A stretch of 41,236 nt of DNA from IMG/VR virus record IMGVR_UViG_3300005573_000154, positions 1-41,236 of that record, one strand, 5' to 3'. Position 1 is the first letter of the stretch. The number at the start of each line of letters is the position of its first letter. Below are positions 1 through 8,914 of this stretch, in pieces. Made by a program: the position numbers and the translations under genes. Under the pieces are notes generated by a model. That model saw nothing but the letters and a program-made list of their open reading frames with translations. It was not told the DNA's origin and made no database searches.

Positions 1-392
1 TACACGTGTAAGCCTTTGTGTGGGCTTTTTTTGGCTATTGGGCTTGTTTTTGCGGGTTTTTTGTGTTTTGTGTGATGTGTGCGTATGGTGTGTTTTGTTG
101 TGCTTGTGTGTATGCTTTGGGGGGGTATAGGGTTTATGGTGATGCCTACATGTGTAGGCTTATTTGGGCTTAGTGTGATAAGTGTATGCGTGTGTATGTG
201 ATTGTGCTTGTAGTTGGTGAACAAGATGAGGAAACAATTAGAGAATGGGGCTATTGGGCTGATAATGGGGTTGAGAATAGGGTTCAGGCTAAGGCCATAA
301 AGCAAAGAGAGGATAGGGAAAAGCGTTAGGAATAGGGGGATTAAAGCATTAGGATAAAACAATAAGAGGGCTTAAAAAAATAAAGAAGATAG
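1..392 (+). repeat. Left inverted terminal repeat (392 bp)
   Basis: 1-392 is the reverse complement of 40845-41236, with the first mismatch at 393. It starts with the palindrome TACACGTGTA and is non-coding and G/T-rich. Confidence 0.97.
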
Positions 393-541
393 GGCTTTAA
401 TTGTTAAAGTAGATGGAGCTTTAAGCATTAAAGTAGGGGGGGCTTAAAGCATTAAAGTTTGGGGAACTTTAAGCATTAAAGTAGATGGAGCTTAAAACAT
501 TAAAGAAACACATAGAGAAAAGAGGACTTCAATTATTAAAG
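371..541. repeat. Cluster 1 of palindromic CTTTAA-N3-TTAAAG sites (7 copies)
   Basis: Copies start at 371, 395, 419, 443, 467, 491 and 527 (spacings 24 x5, then 36). Confidence 0.9.
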
Positions 542-991
542 TAGCGCATAATAAGCTTTTAGAAAAGGTTATTTATGGGCTTTATGCATATAATACTATA
601 TGTAATAATATGCAAAAGACCCAAAACTAAGATCTTATTTATAAAGTTTTCTAATTCCTGGAGGATTATCTAATATTTAAAGCTTTGTTTTCGCCGCATT
701 TTGCGATTAAGGCCTAAATGTATCATGATGAGTTTAGCGAGTTTTTCAAGGATTTTAGGGGTTTTATGGGATTAAGGTTTATATGTCTCTCAAGTGCATT
801 ATCTTTTGCGGAAAAAGGTGATGGAAAAATGAATGCGAGATGCGTTTTAGAGGAAAGAGCCAGAGAGGCCGTAAAAGTAGTTAAGGGAATAATCTTTCAG
901 CCAATATCTGAGAGAGAGAACGCTAGAGCTAGAGCGGATTAAAGAAACTCCTCTCCTCTTTTTTTATGTTTTGAATTGGGGGGATAAAAAA

Positions 992-2287
992 ATGGAGGCT
1001 CGAGTAATTGGGTCTTGGTATTTGATTGATGTGTTGAGAAGTATAGACATTAACAATAGGCTAGCGATTTTGCTATACCATTATCTGAGAAGGGAAAAAG
1101 GTAAAGTGATAAAGCTTTTTACCAATAGAGTGCATTATGAGATATTTAAGCAATTGTGGAATAAGCCGCTAGCGATATACGTTTCTAGAAACTATGTTGT
1201 TCTTCAGTTTCAAGGAGGAAGTAGATCTCATTTTTACGTTATCGGAATTAATACTGATAAGAGGCTTTTCATAAACAAGATTAGAGACTTTGATAATTAT
1301 GGGGCTAGAATTATTTGCGAATATCATGATGATTTTGATAAAGAGGATGATTACAATATTCCGATATACTTAGTAGAGGATAAGAATATTTTCAGAGCAA
1401 TGGACTTTGAGGAGGATATTGAGAATAGCGAGGAGAAGGTGATCCCAAAATATCGCAAAGATGGAGATAGAGAACAAATGATAAGCTCTTATCGCATTCA
1501 AGGTGATCTAATACTAAGAGTTACTACTGAGGATATTTTCTTTGGGAACATAAGACAATTGGTTATAGAACAAGTTGATCAAATCTTGAATAGAGTTATA
1601 CTTTTGAGGATACAAAATGTTCTAGCTGATATAGGTATATCCTCGCAAATTGTTATAAGATTTAGGAGAGAGGCCTTAATGTTCCGAGCTTTTCCGAGAA
1701 ACACATCTCTGGAAGAAGAAGAATATTACCTTGGGAACTTAATTGAGATACTGAAAAGGAAATTGAATATCAGCGATATAGCTGAACGCATTAAGTTTGC
1801 TATAGGTTTTGATTCTGATACAATTGGATGTGATATAGCCATTCACTTGTTTAATGAGCGGGCGGAATTTGGACAAAGATTTGAGCCTACAATTATTAGG
1901 GCTTTAATTAGTTGGGAAACACTCCAGAAATTTGCGGATAAGATAATGAGCCAATTGAAATTAGAGCCTCAAGACAATATAATCTCGAGAGGCCGACATT
2001 TGATAAGATATTTTGGGCTTCCATCACGATTTACCATAATGGCTAAACTTCCAAATGCCAATATGGCAAAGGAAGAATATATCATCCCAATAAATATGGA
2101 TGTTTTGCATATTATGAAGGGAAAAATATATTTGTATCATCCAGAACATAGTCATTTAACAATTGATATTGCGCAAAACCTAGCGGCTGAAGTAAATTCA
2201 ATTCCACTAGATGATGATTTTGAGGAGAGAATGAATTATTACGCATTAAAGCTACTACCGGATTCAAGACAATTAACGCTTTTTTAA
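992..2287 (+). CDS. Hypothetical protein (~431 aa), AT-rich gene
   Basis: Long ORF; ATG at 992 follows a GGGGGA RBS; T-tract downstream; no recognisable motif. Confidence 0.85.
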   Translation: MEARVIGSWYLIDVLRSIDINNRLAILLYHYLRREKGKVIKLFTNRVHYEIFKQLWNKPLAIYVSRNYVVLQFQGGSRSHFYVIGINTDKRLFINKIRDFDNYGARIICEYHDDFDKEDDYNIPIYLVEDKNIFRAMDFEEDIENSEEKVIPKYRKDGDREQMISSYRIQGDLILRVTTEDIFFGNIRQLVIEQVDQILNRVILLRIQNVLADIGISSQIVIRFRREALMFRAFPRNTSLEEEEYYLGNLIEILKRKLNISDIAERIKFAIGFDSDTIGCDIAIHLFNERAEFGQRFEPTIIRALISWETLQKFADKIMSQLKLEPQDNIISRGRHLIRYFGLPSRFTIMAKLPNANMAKEEYIIPINMDVLHIMKGKIYLYHPEHSHLTIDIAQNLAAEVNSIPLDDDFEERMNYYALKLLPDSRQLTLF

Positions 2288-2330
2288 ACCCCTTTTTCTT
2301 TTTTTCCGTTTTTTTCTTTTCCTCATTTTT
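2288..2330 (+). terminator. Oligo-T archaeal-type terminator
   Basis: CCCCTTTTTCTTTTTTTCCGTTTTTTTCTTTT directly after the stop codon. Similar C-then-T tracts follow other genes (about 6056, 7325, 8525, 23900). Confidence 0.6.
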
Positions 2331-2590
2331 GCTTTTTGGGCTTTAGCGTTTAGCGTTTTTTGGGATATTTGGCTTTTGGCTTATGGGGGGGCTTAAGGGG
2401 CTTTCTAGCTTTCCCGCAATTTTCTAGCACTTATTTGCGATAAGCCGGTCGAGCTTAGTCTAGGCTTTTGGATTTTTTTGCGGCTTATGCTTTTCGAGCT
2501 TCGAGCTTTTCGAGGCTTCGAGGCTTCAGGCTTTTCGAGCCAGTTGAGTTCGAGCTAGTTGGGGGGATGATGGGGGGCTGAAGTGTGGAG

Positions 2591-2917
2591 CTTTAAGAAT
2601 TAAAGTAGCGTATGTGCTGGATTGATGTTGGCACGGGGCTTTAATTGTTAAAGTAGCGTGTGTTGGGGGAATTCTAGCCTAGGGGGCTTAAAGCATTAAA
2701 GTAACTGATGCGGATAAGCCTGAGGATAATGGGGCTTTAATTGTTAAAGTTACTTCCACTTTGATCATTAAAGTTAGGCATGGGTTAGAGTTGTGCTATT
2801 GGGGGGCTTTGATTGTTAAAGTGGTCTGATGGGGGCATAGCATCCTACCCCGGGCTTTGATGATTAAAGAAACGCATATTGATTAGGCTGAGGATAATGG
2901 GGCTTTAATGCTTAAAG
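2591..2917. repeat. Cluster 2 of palindromic CTTTAA-N3-TTAAAG sites (8 copies)
   Basis: Copies start at 2591, 2639, 2687, 2735, 2759, 2807, 2855 and 2903 (spacings 48, 48, 48, 24, 48, 48, 48). Confidence 0.9.
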
Positions 2918-3114
2918 TAGCGCATATGTGTGTTGGCCTCGGTTGAGGAGCTGGCTTATAAGGCTTTGCCTCCCCCGCATTCTCGAGGCGAGCCTTAGAG
3001 AGATGGTTACATGTGTTTATATTTGTTGTCGTAATGCTTATATGGGTCTAGTGGTTTCTAGTCCCCTAAGGTTTATATTCTACACATGTATTGTTGCTTG
3101 TGAGGTGGTGCGGG

Positions 3115-3681
3115 ATGGTTGGTGGAAAGGTGCTTGTGTATGATCTTGTTTCGGAGAATCATCGAGCGTTAAGGAATACGCCTCTGTTTGGTAAAGTTCG
3201 AGCCGTCCGGATCAAGTGCACCAGCATGTTGTATAAGCTTGGCATACCTTGCACTGAGAGCGTTATACTGATAAACTCTAGCCATGCTGAGAGGATTAGT
3301 GAGACCATCGAGATGGTTAGGGAGCTTTATGAAGATGTTTTACATGAGGTTAATAATGCGCTAGGCGTAAGGCTTCCTGAGCCGGTTATTAAGGTGCTTG
3401 ATATAACTCAAGATCAGTATCAGGTTTTCCGAGATCTCGCTGAGAGAAGACTAAGGGAATCAATTGATGGCCAAATAGATAGAGTCTCGATGATTATCGA
3501 GACGGTTGCGGATCAGTCTGATCAAAATAAGAGGAGGAGCATTATACATAGCCTTAAGAAGCTTAAGAAGGAATGGGTTAGAATCAGAAATAGCTGTTTA
3601 GAAATTGGCATAAATCTCGAGGATGAGATTAACTATTTGCTTGATTTGATTGATCAGGCGATAAATGCGCTTTATAGCTGA
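3115..3681 (+). CDS. Hypothetical protein, possible Cas2/VapD-like ferredoxin N-terminal domain plus coiled coil
   Basis: ATG at 3115 after GAGGTG RBS and GGTTTATAT promoter. The pattern VLVYDL...LYKLGIPCTESVIL resembles the Cas2/VapD/PaaX-type 'vvYD...L...G...q.SV' motif. C-terminus is helical. Confidence 0.7.
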   Translation: MVGGKVLVYDLVSENHRALRNTPLFGKVRAVRIKCTSMLYKLGIPCTESVILINSSHAERISETIEMVRELYEDVLHEVNNALGVRLPEPVIKVLDITQDQYQVFRDLAERRLRESIDGQIDRVSMIIETVADQSDQNKRRSIIHSLKKLKKEWVRIRNSCLEIGINLEDEINYLLDLIDQAINALYS

Positions 3682-3698
3682 TTTCAGGAGGGGTCTTT

Positions 3699-5267
3699 AT
3701 GGAGCCGAGCTTTGGAATAGAGTTTGAATTTGATCTTATCCTGAAGAATGGCCGTAGGATTAGGGATGTTGCGCCACGTGCTAGGCGGTATGTTTATGGA
3801 TGGGATTATCAAGATGATCATACGTGTGCAGTAGAACTTAGGTCTCCCGTGTTCCGAGGTCTTGATCACGCTGTCAGCGAGATTGAGAGGCAGTTTAACT
3901 ATTGGTGTGATGTTTTCCAAGATGTTGCTCCATACCCGTATAGCGTTAATGGCCGAAGTCTAGGCATGCATATACATATTGGCTTACCCAATAGATGCCT
4001 ACACTATCACGAGGTTGATGTTGTTGGTAAGAGCGTCGCTAACGTTTATCCATTCCTAGCCGCTTTACAATGCCAGCCTGTTCCAAGCGAGAGGATACTC
4101 AGGAGCGCTTACCTCAGGCCATTATGGGCTTACGATTACGAAATAACTGACGATGACCATTATGCTGAGATTAATTTTAATGCCATTGGAACGGTTGAGT
4201 TTAGGATCTTTGACGCTAATGTTCCACAAGTTGCATTAACAAATGCGTGGATCATGCGGGAGATAGCTAAAGTTATGCTTGAGAATCAAAATTCAGATGT
4301 TGGTGTTAATCGAGAGAGATATAGGCATGATAGGAATATGGCGATTAGGTATGGCCTTAAAGCCCTAAATATTCTAAACTATTTGCAAATGATCAAAGAT
4401 ATGATAGGAAATGTTGCCATTCCTAGTTATCCATTTATCCGTGAGTTGCTATATCTTGCCGTGAAGTATCGCATGAATGCATGGGATATTATGAGAGCTG
4501 TAACGCAATCGCTTGGGACTAAAGAATTTGAATATTTCAGGGCTATGTTCAAGAATCCAAGAGACTTTATGTCTAATGTTATGTCGGTTATCAATAATTC
4601 TATGCATGATGTTGTTGATGAGCGATGTAAACAGATTATTTTAGATGCGCTTGAAAATTCTAGAAATCTAAATACTCTGGATGATCTGATTGCATTGGCT
4701 AGAACATTTGCGCCAGAAGTTCCCTCGATTTACGTGATACCGTTCCATTCAAAGAATCTACCGAGCCGAAGCTATGTTAAGAGGTGCATAGACCTGCACT
4801 ATTATCGTGTGTGTAGAATTAACGAGGTTGATAATACTCCATACGATGATGTAGCTAGTAGGATACATTACCTTATGAGGCATCACGGGGACGGATTTGT
4901 AAACGTGCTTAGCCCCGAGGATGTGATCAATAGGCCTGAGCGGTTCTATGTTTTCGTGGTGCCTGATCCGGATAATAGGCGTGAGGTTGTTCTAGGATGC
5001 ATAGCTGTCAGAATGTCCACAGGAGAGATTTCGAGCCTAGTTGTTGATAGGAGATATAGGCGCCTTGGAATCGCCAAGATTCTGATAAAAACCGTTATGC
5101 AAGTATTTGATCTGCATTATAGGAATTCATCGAGGCCGATTTTGCACGGATACGTTAAGAAGAAGAATGAGCCGATGATTAATTTGCTTAGAAGCATGGG
5201 CTTCGTGATTGAGCCGTTTAATCAGGATGTGTATAGGTTTAGGGTTGCTGTGAAGGAGAGTGATTAG
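3699..5267 (+). CDS. Putative amidoligase (glutamine-synthetase-like COOH-NH2 ligase) fused to a C-terminal GNAT acetyltransferase
   Basis: Ligase motifs FGIEFE, VELRSP, GMHIHIG and TVEFRIFD. C-terminal SSLVVDRRYRRLGIAKILI and NEPMINL match GNAT motifs A and B. Confidence 0.85.
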   Translation: MEPSFGIEFEFDLILKNGRRIRDVAPRARRYVYGWDYQDDHTCAVELRSPVFRGLDHAVSEIERQFNYWCDVFQDVAPYPYSVNGRSLGMHIHIGLPNRCLHYHEVDVVGKSVANVYPFLAALQCQPVPSERILRSAYLRPLWAYDYEITDDDHYAEINFNAIGTVEFRIFDANVPQVALTNAWIMREIAKVMLENQNSDVGVNRERYRHDRNMAIRYGLKALNILNYLQMIKDMIGNVAIPSYPFIRELLYLAVKYRMNAWDIMRAVTQSLGTKEFEYFRAMFKNPRDFMSNVMSVINNSMHDVVDERCKQIILDALENSRNLNTLDDLIALARTFAPEVPSIYVIPFHSKNLPSRSYVKRCIDLHYYRVCRINEVDNTPYDDVASRIHYLMRHHGDGFVNVLSPEDVINRPERFYVFVVPDPDNRREVVLGCIAVRMSTGEISSLVVDRRYRRLGIAKILIKTVMQVFDLHYRNSSRPILHGYVKKKNEPMINLLRSMGFVIEPFNQDVYRFRVAVKESD

Positions 5268-5269
5268 CC

Positions 5270-6052
5270 ATGTGCGGGATAGCCGGGGTTTATGGTGTTA
5301 ATGCGTTAAGGCTATCATTGATGATTACGTTGGCGCAAATTAACCGAGGCACTAGGGGGACTGGATTAGCGTGGATCAACCATAACAGGATTAAGGTGTT
5401 GAAGGAGCCGATTCATCCGGTTAAATTCTTCAAGAAGCATTATGATAGGCTTGAGTGGAAGGTTAAGGTTGCTGTTGCGCATAATAGACAGCCATCACGT
5501 GGAGGGGTTACGTATCAGAATACGCATCCATTTACAGACTGTAAGGGTAGATTCGCACTCGTTCATAATGGCTCTTGCATGTTCGATAATAACATAGTGT
5601 CTAAGATAAAGAGGGAGCATATGGTATTGGGAGAGACCGATAGCGAGATAATCACGCATCTTCTCGAGGATCTGTATGAGGAGCATGGAGACATGGTTAG
5701 CGCTATTGAGGCGCTATTTGATACGGATTTCTCTGGAGCTATTCTAGTGCTGACGAGAGACGGTAAAATCTATGGCGCTAGGGATGGCGTGATGCCACTA
5801 CACTACTGTAAGACTAATACACATGTCTTACTGGCATCAGAGGCCTCTGCGATTGAGGCGATACTAGACACGAACGCCAAGATTGAGGCATTGAAGATAC
5901 AGCAAATAATTGAGGTTGATGGCGGTAGGATAGAGATACACGGGGAAGGTATAGAGGAGGCGCCAGCACGTTATTATTATTATCCATATGCCTATGCATC
6001 AAGGCGGGCTAGCTCCCCCTATTATCCCTGGTATTATGATTGGGAAGACTGA
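5270..6052 (+). CDS. Class II (Ntn) glutamine amidotransferase
   Basis: N-terminal MCGIAG with catalytic Cys, plus NRG, HNR, NTHPF, HNG and TDSE motifs. Confidence 0.92.
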   Translation: MCGIAGVYGVNALRLSLMITLAQINRGTRGTGLAWINHNRIKVLKEPIHPVKFFKKHYDRLEWKVKVAVAHNRQPSRGGVTYQNTHPFTDCKGRFALVHNGSCMFDNNIVSKIKREHMVLGETDSEIITHLLEDLYEEHGDMVSAIEALFDTDFSGAILVLTRDGKIYGARDGVMPLHYCKTNTHVLLASEASAIEAILDTNAKIEALKIQQIIEVDGGRIEIHGEGIEEAPARYYYYPYAYASRRASSPYYPWYYDWED

Positions 6053-6142
6053 AGCCCCTTCTTTTTTTATTTTTTAGGTTTACACGTGTAGCTTTGCTTC
6101 TAGTGTATGGGTTTATGAGTAATTGAATATGTCCTAGGGGGG

Positions 6143-6289
6143 CTTAAAGAATTAAAGAAAAGCATAGAGATAAGGGAGCTTTAAGTATCAAAGTGACGGA
6201 TAGAATAAGCCGATAACAATATGGGGCTTTAAAAATTAAAGTAACGGATAGAATTGGGCTTATTGATGATGGGGCTTAAAGCATTAAAG
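6143..6289. repeat. Cluster 3 of palindromic CTTTAA-N3-TTAAAG sites (4 copies)
   Basis: Copies start at 6143, 6179, 6227 and 6275 (spacings 36, 48, 48). Confidence 0.9.
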
Positions 6290-6343
6290 TAACATGAGAG
6301 ATGAGCCATCTAGGGTAATACTCCTAAGGCTTATGTCATGTAT

Positions 6344-6362
6344 GGTTTATATGGTGCTTATG
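6344..6362 (+). promoter_or_regulatory. Conserved viral promoter GGTTTATATGGTGCTTATG
   Basis: TATA box plus conserved downstream element, about 45 nt before the ATG at 6390. Near-identical copies at 7496 and 8613. Confidence 0.75.
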
Positions 6363-6389
6363 CGCTATACCTATTGAGGTGAGGCGGGT

Positions 6390-6968
6390 ATGGTGGAGGA
6401 GTGGGATGAAAAAGTTAGGGAGGCGGCTAAGGCAATATTGGCGCATAGAAACGAGATTGAGGAGCTGATACGGATTTACAGGGATTTGCCTATTGTGTAT
6501 GTGTGTCCGTTTTGCGGCTATATCAGTAGGGAGCCGATGAATAGGGAGATAAAGGCGGAAGTGTATTATCGTGGTTGGCCATATGAAGATGAGTGGATTA
6601 CGGAGGTTATTGGTTTCTGTTTTTGTTCTAGGTGTGGAGCGACTCCGGAGAATTGCAAATATTTCTTTGGGTATGTTAAGGATGGTGAGAAGGTGTTGCA
6701 GATAAATAGCGATGACTTGGATAAGGTGAGGGCTAGGAGCCTTAAGGTTATGACGAGGGAGTATAAGGCGGCTGTCGAGAGGATAAAAGCGATACTAGCC
6801 GATGAATTGAATCGCATACGGGAGAGTGCTGACGAGATAGTTTATTGTGCATCTTCCGGAGAATGTTATTGTGTTGAGGAGATGCCTGAGGATGTAGGGA
6901 GGCTGGTGATGACACTTTACTGCCTAATCAAAGATCCGCCTGAAATGGTTGATGAGGAGGTGATTTGA
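6390..6968 (+). CDS. Zn-finger protein
   Basis: CPFC and CSRC pairs; GAGGTGA RBS. Confidence 0.8.
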   Translation: MVEEWDEKVREAAKAILAHRNEIEELIRIYRDLPIVYVCPFCGYISREPMNREIKAEVYYRGWPYEDEWITEVIGFCFCSRCGATPENCKYFFGYVKDGEKVLQINSDDLDKVRARSLKVMTREYKAAVERIKAILADELNRIRESADEIVYCASSGECYCVEEMPEDVGRLVMTLYCLIKDPPEMVDEEVI

Positions 6969-6969
6969 T

Positions 6970-7323
6970 ATGGCCGGGTTCATTAATTTAACACCACATA
7001 AGGTAACCATTTATTCTAGGGATGGCAAAAAGATAATAGCAGAGATTCCTCCAAGCGGGCTAGTCGCAAGGGTTACGGTAACCTCTAGGATTGTAGGCGA
7101 GATAGCAGGGATTCCGGTCAGGAAAACGGAATATGGGGAGATAGAGAATTTGCCTGATCCGATGCCTGACACGTATTACATCGTCAGCACGGTGGTGTTG
7201 ATTGCGTTGAAGGAAAAAGGAATCAATAGGCCTGACGTTATTTCGCCGGACACCAACCCGGATTCCGTTATAAGGGATTCAGAAGGAAGGGTTATAGGGG
7301 TCAGGTTCTTCCAGACCCTATAA
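6970..7323 (+). CDS. Small NLTPH-motif protein; candidate Crn4-like ring nuclease / anti-CRISPR
   Basis: NLTPH...IPPSG.VARV...LP.P....YIVS...R.D...P....RD.EGR.IG pattern. The CDS is secure; the Crn4 assignment is from memory of the family motif and is unverified. Confidence 0.55.
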   Translation: MAGFINLTPHKVTIYSRDGKKIIAEIPPSGLVARVTVTSRIVGEIAGIPVRKTEYGEIENLPDPMPDTYYIVSTVVLIALKEKGINRPDVISPDTNPDSVIRDSEGRVIGVRFFQTL

Positions 7324-7495
7324 AACCCCCCACTTTTTTCCTGTTTTTGGTTCTGTTTTTTATCTCTTGAAGTAGTGGTTAGGCCATTTATCTCTGTAAC
7401 TACACGTGTAATTCCATCTTTAGGGTATGAGCCCATAGACGAGCCGACATAGACGAGCTATTTCCGGTATTACTCTCGAGGTTTGTGGTGCATAT

Positions 7496-7514
7496 GGTTT
7501 ATATGGCGCTTATG
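7496..7514 (+). promoter_or_regulatory. Conserved viral promoter GGTTTATATGGCGCTTATG
   Basis: One mismatch to the 6344 copy; upstream of the ATG at 7543. Confidence 0.75.
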
Positions 7515-7542
7515 CACAGTATCTGTCGAGGTGGATAGGAGT

Positions 7543-8076
7543 ATGGTCGAGGTTGGAAAGGTTGGGAGGTTTAGCGTCCGCATGCATGACTTCATGCAGT
7601 TTAGCATATGTCTTGATGACGTGGTGTATGACCTTAGTGGGAGTATGGCGATGGATCTGATGATGTTGCTGAGGAGCGTTGATTATGTAACCGTCGAGAA
7701 AAGGCGTGGCAGGCTTATCGTAACATGTGATGGCCTAAGGACGCTGTATATCGAGGATGAGGAGAGCCGCCCGGGATACCGTGTTCTGGCGATTGCGAGG
7801 GTTGTGGGTAATGATGGCGTGAACTATTTTGTCGCATTCTCAGACCCGATGGCGGATGAATACGTGCATTACCATGAATGGGTTGATAGGAACATGAATA
7901 GCCAAGGATACTTGTATGACGATATTGCGGAGTTTATCTATGTTAATGAGTGGGATGCAAGGCCGGAGATCATAGACGAGTGGATTAAGGTGTTTAGCGA
8001 TCCGAGAATCCTTGAACACTTCCCCGAGCTTAGCTTTATTGTAAAGAGGCTTGAGGAGGTGAGGAAGCATGCCTGA
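7543..8076 (+). CDS. Hypothetical protein
   Basis: Start moved to ATG 7543, downstream of the promoter and GAGGTGG RBS. Confidence 0.75.
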   Translation: MVEVGKVGRFSVRMHDFMQFSICLDDVVYDLSGSMAMDLMMLLRSVDYVTVEKRRGRLIVTCDGLRTLYIEDEESRPGYRVLAIARVVGNDGVNYFVAFSDPMADEYVHYHEWVDRNMNSQGYLYDDIAEFIYVNEWDARPEIIDEWIKVFSDPRILEHFPELSFIVKRLEEVRKHA

Positions 8077-8521
8077 GGTTGTTGGTAGATGTTGGGTCTG
8101 GAGGGACGAGGAAAACAAAATGGAGTATGCGATAACCATTGAGGGCTTTGATTCGCACAATGGTATCATAACCAAGCTGAGGCTTGAGAGGTTCTATAGG
8201 CCGCTTGGATTTTGTTTTAAGAATAAGTGGGGGCATGTTTGGATCGTTGAGTTCAATAAGGTTGGGCCGAAGGGGAAGCTGAGGGTAAAATGTATTGAGA
8301 GGGGCTATGAGTGGAACGGGACTTACGTTAAAACCAGGTATTCGGTGAGCATTGAGACGGATTTCATAGAGCCTCCTTGGTTCGTTAAGTTGGACGAGCT
8401 TGAAAAGGAGATCGGCTACTGTGATGTGGATTATGGGTTGCAGACGATAATCACCCATATAAAAGACCTGTTCATGATACACTTCAAGATCCCCGAAGAG
8501 CTACCGGAAAAAATCGGCTAG
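8069..8521 (+). CDS. Hypothetical protein
   Basis: Overlaps the upstream stop; GAGGTGA RBS; T-tract downstream. Confidence 0.75.
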   Translation: MPEVVGRCWVWRDEENKMEYAITIEGFDSHNGIITKLRLERFYRPLGFCFKNKWGHVWIVEFNKVGPKGKLRVKCIERGYEWNGTYVKTRYSVSIETDFIEPPWFVKLDELEKEIGYCDVDYGLQTIITHIKDLFMIHFKIPEELPEKIG

Positions 8522-8612
8522 AAACCCCCTCTCCTTCTTTTTTCATCCTAGCCTACACATGTAGAAAAGACGAGCCAATAACGGTATGACCGTTTTTGTG
8601 TTGGGTGTATAA

Positions 8613-8631
8613 GGTTTATATGGTGCTTATG
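8613..8631 (+). promoter_or_regulatory. Conserved viral promoter GGTTTATATGGTGCTTATG
   Basis: Identical to the 6344 copy. Confidence 0.75.
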
Positions 8632-8656
8632 TGTTCTCATTATCGAGGTGGTTGAG

Positions 8657-8911
8657 ATGAAAGAGGTTAAGTTGGGTGATAAGATCAGCATCTTCGAGCC
8701 GGTAACCGTGATAAGGATTCGTAAGGAGGCTCTGGAGCGCTTGAATAGGTTTTCAAGGGATGTAAGGAACATGGTGTTGGATGAGGCTGTAAAGGCTACT
8801 TTGGAGACTGATCATCCATATGATGTTACCCTTGAAGACGTTATAAGGGCGGAGGCCAAGGTCTATTCGAAGATTAAGGTTAAGGTTAATTCGAGCTGGA
8901 GGTGGTGGTAG
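8657..8911 (+). CDS. Small hypothetical protein (possible RHH-like)
   Basis: ATG 8657 after GAGGTGG; beta-strand then helix-helix pattern (TVIRIRKEALERL). Confidence 0.7.
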   Translation: MKEVKLGDKISIFEPVTVIRIRKEALERLNRFSRDVRNMVLDEAVKATLETDHPYDVTLEDVIRAEAKVYSKIKVKVNSSWRWW

Positions 8912-8914
8912 GAT

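Noticed and set aside
718-942. 74-aa ORF as given in the track
   Set aside because: It spans a promoter-like GGTTTATAT at 776. At most a 37-aa peptide from ATG 829 is plausible, with too little support to call.
2591-2917. Mini-CRISPR array with a 48-bp period
   Set aside because: The repeat centre varies, intervening sequences resemble each other (CTGAGGATAATGG occurs twice), and spacing drops to 24 bp. This fits protein-binding sites better.
2928-3143. 71-aa ORF
   Set aside because: It overlaps the promoter and RBS of the 3115 gene and lacks an RBS or protein-like features.
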